Shown one piece after another: positions 9,722-19,130 of a DNA stretch of 49,776 nt. Made by a program: the position numbers and the translations under genes. Each line of letters begins with the position of its first letter. Positions within the stretch are counted from its first letter, which is position 1. Under the pieces are notes generated by a model. It saw nothing but the letters and a program-made list of their open reading frames with translations, searched no databases and was not told where the DNA came from. The stretch is from the NCBI GenBank assembly GCA_964201225.1, contig CAXNDZ010000001.1, positions 1 through 49,776 on the forward strand, given 5' to 3'. The DNA comes from Chitinophagales bacterium. Its GTDB lineage: Bacteria > Bacteroidota > Bacteroidia > Chitinophagales > Chitinophagaceae.

Positions 9722-10453
9722 ATGTTCATGATTACGCTTGGTAAATATCATCCGCCTGCTATTATGGAACCATTCACCCCTTTTTGGTGGGAATGCATGG
9801 TCATGATTATTTTAATCATCACTATTGTGGTTCGCGTGCCATTTCATTTTAAAAAAGTGAATCCTAAAACCTACGCCACTTTTATTGCTTTATTTTTTTC
9901 AATCAATTTTATTGTTGAAAATTATAATGTCTATCAACAAGGTTATTGGAACTTACAGCAAAACCTACCGGTACACTTATGTAGTATTAGTTATTTTTTA
10001 TGTATTGCACTATTAATAAATTACAAGCAATGGGTCGCCGAATGCGTTTACTATTGGGGATTGGCAGGTGGGATTCACGCTTTGCTAACTCCGGAATTTA
10101 CGGTAGGGATGGATGGCTATAATTTTTACGCCTACTTTATTAACCATGCAGGCATGTTGTTAGTCGTCGCCTATATGATTTTACATTTAAATTTTAGGCC
10201 GCGTCCAAAATCTTGGATTAGAATGTTTGGGTACACGCAATTAGTAGCCATTGGTGTTGGTATAGTAAACTATTTAGTAGGCGCAAATTATATGTACCTA
10301 TCTGCAAAACCGGAAGTAGAAAACCCGTTTTTAATTGGCGAATGGCCTTATTATATAATCGTTTTAGAAGCAGTTGCTGTTTTACACTTTTGGGTGTTTT
10401 ATCTTCCATTTGCAAAAAAGAATAAGCAGGAAGCGATTAATGCCTCCTTATAG
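9722..10453 (+). CDS. YwaF / TIGR02206-family integral membrane protein
   Basis: Multiple TM segments; LPVHLCS, ALLTPE, FINH, GANYMYL and WPYYI motifs. Confidence 0.82.
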   Translation: MFMITLGKYHPPAIMEPFTPFWWECMVMIILIITIVVRVPFHFKKVNPKTYATFIALFFSINFIVENYNVYQQGYWNLQQNLPVHLCSISYFLCIALLINYKQWVAECVYYWGLAGGIHALLTPEFTVGMDGYNFYAYFINHAGMLLVVAYMILHLNFRPRPKSWIRMFGYTQLVAIGVGIVNYLVGANYMYLSAKPEVENPFLIGEWPYYIIVLEAVAVLHFWVFYLPFAKKNKQEAINASL

Positions 10454-10789
10454 TTCTTCGATTCTTTTTGCTTTATCATCAATGACCAAATCAAAATTAG
10501 GCTTGGTGGGCCCACCATTAGGGCAATAGCCTGTAATTAACTCATTAAATTGACAACCCCATTGATTGAGTTGGGCAAGTGTTAACGCACGTAAATCCCG
10601 CTTTGAACTTTCGCCCCTACCAGTCCAATAAGTTATATGCCAACCCTGCGCAAACAGTTGATTAATTTTTGCAATATTTTCAAAATTAGGCTCCGCTAAT
10701 TCATATGCACGTTTGTCACTATAAAAGCAAATCGTTTCATCAATATCAACCAAGGCTTTTTTAGAGCCGAACCTTTTAGACTCAATCAT
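10448..10789 (-). CDS. Small capless HAD-superfamily phosphatase
   Basis: Motif I VDIDET, motif II WTGR, motif III K (TKP) and motif IV IDD in 113 aa. Confidence 0.75.
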   Translation of the reverse strand: MIESKRFGSKKALVDIDETICFYSDKRAYELAEPNFENIAKINQLFAQGWHITYWTGRGESSKRDLRALTLAQLNQWGCQFNELITGYCPNGGPTKPNFDLVIDDKAKRIEEL

Positions 10790-10821
10790 TGTTAATAGTT
10801 TAATTCATATAATAAGTTGCA

Positions 10822-10829
10822 CAAATTTA
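10822..10829 (-). promoter_or_regulatory. Bacteroidota -7 promoter element (TAAATTTG) for HAD gene
   Basis: Exact TAnnTTTG match 32 nt upstream of the ATG at 10789. Confidence 0.55.
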
Positions 10830-10921
10830 GATAGTTTTTATAAATTACATCATTCCTTTTAAATTAAAGTCGTTCCTAAACTATTCGTAAAATAATTATT
10901 CATTATACCTATACTATAAAT

Positions 10922-13018
10922 ATGAAAATCATCCTCCTTTCCTTGTCTTTATTGCTGATGCAATCAGCCCATGCACAAAAAACTGCCGACCCGGTCTTAA
11001 GAACAGATAAAATAACCATTGCTAGAGATAGTTTTGGTGTGCCGCATATTTTTGCACCTACAGATCCTGAAGTAGCTTATGGATTGGCTTGGGCGCATGC
11101 GGAAGATGATTTTAACACCATTCAAACATTGATCTTAACTGGTAAGGGAAAATTGGCTACTTATCTTGGCAAAAAAGGGGCTTCTGTTGATTATGTAGTG
11201 GGTTTGCTAAATACAAAAGCAATTGTTAAAGCCCAAATAGGTCAAATGGAACCTGCATTCATCGATTTAATCAAAGGCTATTTGGCAGGATTACACGCTT
11301 ATGCAAAAGCGCATCCTTCAGAATTACTCAACAAACATGTTTTTCCAGTTACCGTAGAGGATTATTTATCTGCAGGTGTTTTTTCAGTAGCCGTATTTTG
11401 TGGGGTTGACAAAGCCTTACCAAAAATATTAAATGGTTCTGTTCCAGCACTACCCATTTTTACAGGGGAAGGTAGTAATGCATTTGCAGTCAATGCAAGC
11501 AAATCAGCGTCGGGTGAAAATATGTTGGTGATTAATGCGCATCAACCCATCGAAGGCGCTACTGCTTTTTATGAAGCACATTTACAAAGTGAAACAGGTT
11601 GGAATATTTTAGGTGGTTTGTTCCCAGGAGCCCCATTAATTTTTCATGGTGCTACACCAAATATTGCTTGGGCGCATACAGTAAACATGCAGGATAAAAT
11701 TGACATGTATCAACTTCAAACTGATAAGCAACATCCGGGAAAATATAAAGTAGACGGCAACTGGCTGAAATTAGAAAAGAGAAGAATAAAATTAAGTGTT
11801 AAAGGGGTACCCATTCCGATCTATAAAACAGCCTATACTTCGATATATGGCCCTACTGCTGCAACACCATCAGGACAATATTTTTCAATAAGATTGCCTT
11901 CCTTAATGGATGCAGGTGCCTTGCAACAATGGTATGCAATGAATAAAGCACAAAACTATACACAGTTCAAAGCTGCTTTAAATCAAAATCATTTGGCCAT
12001 GTTTAATATTGTGTATGCGGATAAAAACGATACTATATTTTATATTTCAAATAGCAAGATGCCTTACCGTAATCCCGATACCAGCTATCATTGGAATTCA
12101 ACGGTTCCCGGGAATACCATGGCAACGCTTTGGACTAAGTTTAAACCCCTTAATGAATTACCACAATATTTAAATCCGACAAGTGGTTATTTATTTAACA
12201 CCAACCACTCGCCATTTTTAGCTACTGCCGAAAATGAAAATTTAAATCGCGCAAAGTTTGATGTAAATGATGGCTATGAACTTACACATAATAACAGAAG
12301 CCGACGCGCTAAGGATTTAATTGATCAACTTGATAAAATTAGTTACGCCGATTTAAAGAGAATCAAATTTGATCGTCAATTGCCAAATCCAATTTTATAC
12401 CCTTACGGATATACTTCGGATACTTTATTTATGGTAGATGAATCCAAGTACCCACAACTAGCCCCATTGATTGTTAGTTTAAAAAAATGGGACCACAATG
12501 CAGTTGCTGAAAGTAATGGCGCTTTGATTTATAATTTGGCTTACTATTCCATCCCTAAATTAATGGGTGGTCGCAAAAATAGTGATGAAGCTAAAAGTGA
12601 CAAGCTTAGTATGGACGAAGCGGTAGCTACTTTTCAGTATGCGCATGATTATTTAATGAAAAATTTTAATCGATTAGATGTTACTTTAGGTGATATGCAA
12701 AAGTTAGTGCGTGGTGATGAAGAATGGCCACAAGGAGGGATGCCCGATGTATTAGCTGCCGTGCAAGGTCAAGCTTATGGCACTGTAGGTAAGCGTAAAA
12801 TGGTGAGTGGTGATGCGTATATAGGATTTGTAAAGTTTCCTAAAAATGGCGGACTACCCTTAATTGAAACAGTGAATACTTTTGGCGCAAGTTCCATTAA
12901 AGGAAATAAACACTTTGCTGATCAACGCCCATTATACCAAGCGCAACAGTTAAAAAAGATGACCTTGGATAAAAATGAAGTGCTGAAAAATGCGGAAAGC
13001 GTTTATCACCCACAATAA
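10922..13018 (+). CDS. Penicillin acylase family Ntn-hydrolase (second paralog)
   Basis: Signal peptide; RDSFGVPHIF, AHAEDDF, GSNAFAV (Ser1), INAHQP and FNTNHSP. Confidence 0.9.
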   Translation: MKIILLSLSLLLMQSAHAQKTADPVLRTDKITIARDSFGVPHIFAPTDPEVAYGLAWAHAEDDFNTIQTLILTGKGKLATYLGKKGASVDYVVGLLNTKAIVKAQIGQMEPAFIDLIKGYLAGLHAYAKAHPSELLNKHVFPVTVEDYLSAGVFSVAVFCGVDKALPKILNGSVPALPIFTGEGSNAFAVNASKSASGENMLVINAHQPIEGATAFYEAHLQSETGWNILGGLFPGAPLIFHGATPNIAWAHTVNMQDKIDMYQLQTDKQHPGKYKVDGNWLKLEKRRIKLSVKGVPIPIYKTAYTSIYGPTAATPSGQYFSIRLPSLMDAGALQQWYAMNKAQNYTQFKAALNQNHLAMFNIVYADKNDTIFYISNSKMPYRNPDTSYHWNSTVPGNTMATLWTKFKPLNELPQYLNPTSGYLFNTNHSPFLATAENENLNRAKFDVNDGYELTHNNRSRRAKDLIDQLDKISYADLKRIKFDRQLPNPILYPYGYTSDTLFMVDESKYPQLAPLIVSLKKWDHNAVAESNGALIYNLAYYSIPKLMGGRKNSDEAKSDKLSMDEAVATFQYAHDYLMKNFNRLDVTLGDMQKLVRGDEEWPQGGMPDVLAAVQGQAYGTVGKRKMVSGDAYIGFVKFPKNGGLPLIETVNTFGASSIKGNKHFADQRPLYQAQQLKKMTLDKNEVLKNAESVYHPQ

Positions 13019-13025
13019 ATAATTA

Positions 13026-14300
13026 TTATAAACGAGCGGTGACGATATTTTGATCAAGTATTCCCTTTGTATCGTAAATCACCGAATTAGGAGATGATTT
13101 TAAACTTGCATAGTTGAATGACTTAAAAAAATCATGCGCCACTGTCAATACAATAGCATCATAGGTATCAAGTGAAGTGACTAAATTAATTTGATGGATG
13201 TCCAATACTTCTTTTGCATTGGCAAATGGGTCAAAAGCAAAAACGTCCACATCATTATTTTTTAGCGCAGTATAAATTTCAAAGGTTTGGGAGTTACGAA
13301 TATCGGGACAGTTTTCTTTAAAAGTCACACCTAATAATAAAACTTTAGCGCCTTGCACTTTAAAATTATTTTTTACTAATAGCTTGATTATTTTTTCAGA
13401 AACAAACGAACTCATCTGGTCATTCACATGTCTGCCTGATAATATCACTTGTGGATGATAGCCTAAACTGCTTGCTTTATGTGCTAAGTAATAAGGATCA
13501 ACACCAATACAATGTCCCCCTACTAAGCCTGGCTTAAATGGTAAAAAATTCCACTTGGTCGCAGCAGCTGCTAACACTTCATGCGTGTCAATGTCCATTT
13601 TATCAAAAATTAATGCCAATTCATTTACAAATGATATATTAATATCTCGTTGTGCATTTTCAATGGACTTTGACGCTTCCGCTACTTTTATACTTGACGC
13701 TTTATGGGTACCTGCAGTAATAATACTTGCATATAAATTGTCAACGATGGTTGCTACTTCAGGCGTTGAACCAGAAGTCACTTTTATAATTTTTGTAAGT
13801 GTGTGCACTTTATCGCCTGGATTAATCCGCTCGGGTGAATAGCCACAATAAAAATCTTGATTATATTTTAAACTGCTGAATTCTTCCAAAATAGGAACGC
13901 AATCCTCTTCTGTACAACCAGGATACACCGTGCTTTCATAAATAATGATATCTCCTTTTTTTATTACCCCTCCAACCATTTTTGAAGCAGTCAACAATAA
14001 ATTTAAGTCGGGTTGTTTGTCTTTTGTAACGGGTGTTGGAACCGTGATAATAAAAATAGTACAATCCTTAATTTGCGTTAAGTCATCTGTAAAAAAGAGC
14101 TGATGGGCATTGGCTATTTCCTGGGAGGTACATTCCAATGTAGTATCTATTCCTTTTTTTAAATTGGCAATACGTTCTGAATGAATATCAAATCCAACCA
14201 CTTGATATTTTTCACCAAAAGCCACTGCTAAAGGTAGGCCTACATAGCCCAAGCCGATGATCGCAATTTTATAGTGGGTAAATGGTATTGGACTATTCAT
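13026..14300 (-). CDS. UDP-N-acetylhexosamine dehydrogenase (TviB/WbpO-like nucleotide sugar dehydrogenase)
   Basis: GLGYVGLPLA, YESTVYPG, YSPERINPGD, catalytic GGHCIGVDPYYL and TFKENCPDIRN. Confidence 0.92.
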   Translation of the reverse strand: MNSPIPFTHYKIAIIGLGYVGLPLAVAFGEKYQVVGFDIHSERIANLKKGIDTTLECTSQEIANAHQLFFTDDLTQIKDCTIFIITVPTPVTKDKQPDLNLLLTASKMVGGVIKKGDIIIYESTVYPGCTEEDCVPILEEFSSLKYNQDFYCGYSPERINPGDKVHTLTKIIKVTSGSTPEVATIVDNLYASIITAGTHKASSIKVAEASKSIENAQRDINISFVNELALIFDKMDIDTHEVLAAAATKWNFLPFKPGLVGGHCIGVDPYYLAHKASSLGYHPQVILSGRHVNDQMSSFVSEKIIKLLVKNNFKVQGAKVLLLGVTFKENCPDIRNSQTFEIYTALKNNDVDVFAFDPFANAKEVLDIHQINLVTSLDTYDAIVLTVAHDFFKSFNYASLKSSPNSVIYDTKGILDQNIVTARL

Positions 14301-14324
14301 ATTATTTCAAAGTTAATGGACTGA

Positions 14325-15275
14325 TTAGTGATGTCCATAATTTTTTTCGCCTGCGGTAATTGCGAAAGGCAACCTATTTTGTGGGGGTGGCAAGGGGCAG
14401 GTCGCAAATTTAGTAAATGCACAAGGCGGATTAAAGGCTTGATTAAAATCAATAAAAGTATTTCCTTTAGCATCTGGCTTATTGATATAAATAAAGCGGC
14501 CTGCACTATAAGTGGTTGCACCCGAAGTAGCATCCCCAAAAGTGATAAAAAGTTGCTCCTCTCCTTCGTCAATTACATCCAAGCTATAGGGTTTGCCTTG
14601 ATATGTAAATTGAAGCTTACCTGCATTTTTAGAAGCCACTTGCTGACCCAAAACATTTGATATCATCAAATACGTTTCAATAGGCGGTTGTAGGAAGGCT
14701 TTAATTTTAAACTTTTCATTGATTGGAAAATGAGCTATCCCCTTAAAAGATGAAACATTGACCGATTTTAAATTCCGGAATCGTACCCCAATTTTATCTT
14801 CCCTTTTAATAATGGTCCAGGTAAATGAAGCGCCTGACATTATCCAGCTCATGTCTGAACTAAGGCCGTTCGCATTAAAAATACAAACCTTTGATTTTAG
14901 GGGCATGTCTTGATTATTTACCTTAACCATATATTTATCAAGGCTCTCCCACATGACACTATCCCCTTCAAAAATAAAATTCCCTAAATGATCGGGGAAA
15001 AACGCATTAGAAGGATTGGGGTTTTCATAAACACAATCATTATTCTTACTAACACCAAAGGTGTTCACTCCTTTATGCAACCAAAACAACCCTTCTAAAT
15101 TCAACCAACCCTTGGGTGATTTTAAAAAGGCCTCCCTGAGCTTATGCCATTCATTGATAGATTCAATATAATTAGGTGTAGTGGATTTTTGGCCCTTCAC
15201 ATTTGAATAGGATAAAACCATGGTAAGCGACACAAGAAATAGTAATAATTTGGAGGAGCTCCTTTTATTGGGCAT
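14325..15275 (-). CDS. DUF1684 domain protein
   Basis: GWLNLEGLFWL, F.D.TSG..TY.AGRF and DFNQAFNPPCAFTKFATCPLPPPQNRL..AITAGEK. Confidence 0.88.
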   Translation of the reverse strand: MPNKRSSSKLLLFLVSLTMVLSYSNVKGQKSTTPNYIESINEWHKLREAFLKSPKGWLNLEGLFWLHKGVNTFGVSKNNDCVYENPNPSNAFFPDHLGNFIFEGDSVMWESLDKYMVKVNNQDMPLKSKVCIFNANGLSSDMSWIMSGASFTWTIIKREDKIGVRFRNLKSVNVSSFKGIAHFPINEKFKIKAFLQPPIETYLMISNVLGQQVASKNAGKLQFTYQGKPYSLDVIDEGEEQLFITFGDATSGATTYSAGRFIYINKPDAKGNTFIDFNQAFNPPCAFTKFATCPLPPPQNRLPFAITAGEKNYGHH

Positions 15276-15395
15276 ATGCTACATGAATTAATATCAAAAT
15301 TAAGTTAAAATAAGCTGCTTCAAACATGAAAATAAAAAGGAGCACATTTGTGTCCTTAATTTATTTAAATTTACAATTGATAAAGTGTTTCAATT

Positions 15396-16781
15396 ATGAA
15401 AAAAATATTAACCCCATTTGTATTTGTATTGTTGCTAATGGCTTGTAAAAAAGACGTACCTGTTAATAATGCCGGCACTGCATCTGAAGATGTGAATACA
15501 TGGATTTACAATAGCATGAATTATTATTATTTGTGGAACACAAATATGCCCAAAATTTCAGCAACGAATTTGAAAGATAATCCTATGAAATATTTTTATA
15601 GTATTTTATATGACTATGGAAATTCAGATCGATTTTCATGGATTGATAGTAGTGCTAGTAATTTAGCAAATCAATTAAATGGAATTAATACGGTGTTAGG
15701 TATTAAATATTCTATTTTTTATACCGATAACACACAAGCCAATATCGCTTTTGTCATTGCTTATGTTTTGAAAGGTAGCCCCGCGGAAAAAGCAGGATTA
15801 AAAAGAGGTGATATTATTTTAAAGGTGGATGATAAAACGATTACACCAAGTAATTATGCTTCTATATTACAAAATGAAAGTTTAAAATTAGGGCTTGGAT
15901 CCTATGCTGCTGGTGTATTTGCAAGCACGGGGGTAAGTGCATCATTGACAAAAGTTGAATTACAAACCAACCCAATTTTAAAAGACACCATTATAAAATG
16001 GGGTGGTAAAAAAGTAGGCTATATCGCATACATACAATTTTTATCCAGCTTTGATGATAGCTTAAGAAATGTTTTTGGACGATTTAAATCAGGTGGTGTA
16101 AATGAACTAGTCATTGATTTAAGATATAATGGAGGTGGATATGTTAGCTCATCTGATTTAATGACTAATTTAATTGTAAAAGATTTGGCAGCAAGAGTAG
16201 GAACGGTCATGAATAAAAAAGTGTACAATGCTACTTATACAGAGGAATTAAATAAATCAAGTGGGAGTAGTGCATTTAATACCAACTTTAAATTTGAAAA
16301 TAATAATTTAGGTACATTAACTAGGGTATTCTTCTTAATATCCAACAGCTCCGCATCGGCGAGTGAATTAGTGATTAATAATTTAAAGCCATTTATGGAT
16401 GTGATATTGGTGGGAGAACATACTTATGGAAAAAATGTAGGCTCCTTTACATTAACGGCTAGCAAGAATAGATGGAACTATGGCTTGCAACCGATTACCT
16501 TTAAAACTGCAAATGCAAAAGACGAATCCAATTACGGTACCAAAAATGGATTTTTACCCAATATTGCTATTACGGATAATGTATTACCCTATAAGCAACT
16601 CGGTGACCCTTATGAAACTGTTTTAAATAAGGCTTTATTATATATTAGCCCTGTTGCCTTTCAACCATTTAGTGCCAGCGGGAATGCACCCCAAACTAAG
16701 GCAACTTTATTTCAAAATAAAGCAGTCTCGGATAATATCAAAATGGACCGTCAGGATATGTGGATGAAACCAAACTTATAG
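15396..16781 (+). CDS. S41 family peptidase lipoprotein with PDZ domain
   Basis: Lipobox LMAC; YYLW, DRFS, GSPAEKAGLKRGD (PDZ), IDLRYNGGG, SASASE and TYGK. Confidence 0.9.
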   Translation: MKKILTPFVFVLLLMACKKDVPVNNAGTASEDVNTWIYNSMNYYYLWNTNMPKISATNLKDNPMKYFYSILYDYGNSDRFSWIDSSASNLANQLNGINTVLGIKYSIFYTDNTQANIAFVIAYVLKGSPAEKAGLKRGDIILKVDDKTITPSNYASILQNESLKLGLGSYAAGVFASTGVSASLTKVELQTNPILKDTIIKWGGKKVGYIAYIQFLSSFDDSLRNVFGRFKSGGVNELVIDLRYNGGGYVSSSDLMTNLIVKDLAARVGTVMNKKVYNATYTEELNKSSGSSAFNTNFKFENNNLGTLTRVFFLISNSSASASELVINNLKPFMDVILVGEHTYGKNVGSFTLTASKNRWNYGLQPITFKTANAKDESNYGTKNGFLPNIAITDNVLPYKQLGDPYETVLNKALLYISPVAFQPFSASGNAPQTKATLFQNKAVSDNIKMDRQDMWMKPNL

Positions 16782-16855
16782 CGTAAATTTAATTGGATTG
16801 AAGTGGCAACTTTATATACTAAGATTAAACAGACTAATCAATAGAAAACTATTTT

Positions 16856-17731
16856 ATGAAAAAATTTCTCCTACTCATTTTAAACGTATCTATTGTAGTG
16901 CTGTTATTTGGACAAGGGATTGTTAAGGAAAAGCAAGTGATTGCCAGTAAAATATTGAATCGCGACTTACACTACTCTATTTATCTGCCCTCCGACTATC
17001 ATACAAGCGAGCGCTCCTATCCTGTAACCTATTTACTACATGGTTATGGCGATGCGGATGATGGTTGGATTCAGTTTGGCGAAATCAATAGGCTTGCTGA
17101 TAAAGCAATCATAGATGGAACTATCCCACCAATGATTATTGTAACTCCTGATGGCTTTAAAAGTTTTTATATCAACGCGGCAGATGGCTCATTGCCTTAT
17201 GAGGATTTTTTTATAAAAGAATTAATTCCACATATTGAAAAAACCTATAAAGTCAAGTCAGAAAAAAGATTTAGAGGTATTGCAGGATTATCAATGGGGG
17301 GATATGGAGCTTTAATATATGGATTGAAATATCCTAAACTTTTCGCAGCCGCGGCCCCATTGAGTGCGGTTGTATGGAATGACACTGATATCAGCCTGGC
17401 TTCAGATGATATGTATAATTCATTATTTGCGACGGCAGATAAAAAAAATGTAAAAGGAACGGATCGTATTAATGCAGCTTGGAATCAAAATAGTCCACTT
17501 AAAATCATTGAAACCAAATCCGTGGAAGAACTGTCATCTGTAAAATATTGGATTGACTGCGGTGATGACGATCGCTTATCAATTGGTAATGCAAATTTAC
17601 ATATTGCAATGACGAATAAAAAAGTACCCCATGAGTATCGTGTTCGTGACGGTGCACACAATTGGACTTATTGGCGTACAGGGGTCATTGATGCTTTAGC
17701 ATTTATTGGAAACAGTTTTCATCAAAAATAA
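16856..17731 (+). CDS. Esterase family alpha/beta hydrolase (CE1-like)
   Basis: YPVTYLLHG, GLSMGG nucleophile, DCGDDD and GAHNWTYW. Confidence 0.88.
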   Translation: MKKFLLLILNVSIVVLLFGQGIVKEKQVIASKILNRDLHYSIYLPSDYHTSERSYPVTYLLHGYGDADDGWIQFGEINRLADKAIIDGTIPPMIIVTPDGFKSFYINAADGSLPYEDFFIKELIPHIEKTYKVKSEKRFRGIAGLSMGGYGALIYGLKYPKLFAAAAPLSAVVWNDTDISLASDDMYNSLFATADKKNVKGTDRINAAWNQNSPLKIIETKSVEELSSVKYWIDCGDDDRLSIGNANLHIAMTNKKVPHEYRVRDGAHNWTYWRTGVIDALAFIGNSFHQK

Positions 17732-17742
17732 TTGACTGCGTT

Positions 17743-18228
17743 ATGCCTATTCAAGTTTTTATCACCGGCGGCACTTTTGACAAAGAATATAATGAGCTTA
17801 ATGGTAGCTTATATTTCAAAGAAACACATTTGCACGAAATGCTACAATTAGGCCGTAGTAAACTTGACTTGGCCATCACTACCTTAATGATGAAGGATAG
17901 TTTAGACTTTACAGATGAGGATCGACATCAAATTGCTGAAGCATGTTTAAAAACTAGCTCAGATAAAATTTTTATTACCCATGGAACGGATACCATGACC
18001 TTAACTGCAAGCTACCTTGCTAAACACTGCAACAATAAAACGATAGTATTAACGGGTGCAATGATACCGTATAAATTTGGCAGCTCTGATGGATTATTTA
18101 ATCTTGGCAGTGCATTGGCCTTTGTACAAGTATTACCGAAGGGGGTTTATATCGCTATGAATGGGAAAATTTTTGAAGCAAACAAGGTGCAGAAGAATAA
18201 GGATAAGGGCGAGTTTGAAGCAATATAA
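17743..18228 (+). CDS. Short-chain asparaginase-domain protein (N-terminal catalytic domain only)
   Basis: TGGTFDK, THGTDTM, VLTGAMIP and SDGLFNLG motifs; 161 aa. Confidence 0.85.
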   Translation: MPIQVFITGGTFDKEYNELNGSLYFKETHLHEMLQLGRSKLDLAITTLMMKDSLDFTDEDRHQIAEACLKTSSDKIFITHGTDTMTLTASYLAKHCNNKTIVLTGAMIPYKFGSSDGLFNLGSALAFVQVLPKGVYIAMNGKIFEANKVQKNKDKGEFEAI

Positions 18229-18253
18229 TTATCATCTACTTTAATCAATTTTT

Positions 18254-19024
18254 ATGAAGTCATTTTATATCATCGCTATTTGTTTAATTTCAATACAACC
18301 CGCTATGTCGCAAAAACAAACTCAAATCATTGCGCATCGAGGTGCGTGGAAAGAATTTGAATTGCCCGAGAATTCAATCGCCTCCTTACAAAAAGCACTT
18401 GAATTAAAGTGTTATGGTAGTGAGTTTGACGTTCGACGAACCAAGGATGGTATATTAGTAGTGAATCATGATCCTGTATATTTTGGCGACACGATCGAAC
18501 TTCGCAATTACGCTGATTTAAATAAAAATAAATTAAGTAATGGCGAAAATTTACCCACGCTTGAAAATTATTTTATTACTGGAACACGCAACAATCCACC
18601 TACTTTAATGATTTGCGAAATTAAAGAGGCGTTAACAGGCGCCGATATCTCACAAAAAACAACGATTGAAACCCTTGCCCTCGCTGAAAGATTAGGCATC
18701 GCGGAAAAAATAATTTACATCAGTTTCGGCTTTGAGGTCGTTAAAACCATCAAAAGAATACAACCCAATGCGATTGTACTTTATCTTGAAAACAATAAAA
18801 GCATAAGTGAAATTGTAAACGAAAAATTTAATGGCATCAACTACCATTTCAGTAATTTTATTAGTGACCCGCAAATAAGTGCGGCTGCAAAGCAGAATAA
18901 TTTATTAATTGGAAGTTGGACCGTAAATCAAGTGGAGGACCTAAATAAATTAATCGCACAAGGCGTGGAATATATTACCACCAATCTGCCAGCACAATTT
19001 TCAGCACTGGTTTCAAAAAAATAA
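18254..19024 (+). CDS. Glycerophosphodiester phosphodiesterase family protein
   Basis: IAHRG, PENSIA, EFDVRRTKDG..VVNHD, EIK, WTVN and ITTN. Confidence 0.9.
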   Translation: MKSFYIIAICLISIQPAMSQKQTQIIAHRGAWKEFELPENSIASLQKALELKCYGSEFDVRRTKDGILVVNHDPVYFGDTIELRNYADLNKNKLSNGENLPTLENYFITGTRNNPPTLMICEIKEALTGADISQKTTIETLALAERLGIAEKIIYISFGFEVVKTIKRIQPNAIVLYLENNKSISEIVNEKFNGINYHFSNFISDPQISAAAKQNNLLIGSWTVNQVEDLNKLIAQGVEYITTNLPAQFSALVSKK

Positions 19025-19028
19025 ACGC

Positions 19029-19109
19029 CTAATCTCGATTACGTCTTTGATTGCGTCTGATAATAATGATAACTAGGGCAATGATGCCAAAAATAATAGG
19101 TAAGCTCAT
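19029..19109 (-). CDS. Putative 26-aa single-pass membrane peptide
   Basis: Manual translation MSLPIIFGIIALVIIIIRRNQRRNRD*; A-rich context (TATATAAA-ATG) 21 nt after the upstream stop. Confidence 0.55.
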   Translation of the reverse strand: MSLPIIFGIIALVIIIIRRNQRRNRD

Positions 19110-19130
19110 TTTATATATTTATAAAGTAAT

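Noticed and set aside
13026-14300. Capsule/O-antigen locus
   Set aside because: The dehydrogenase is isolated; no glycosyltransferase, wzx or wzy is adjacent.
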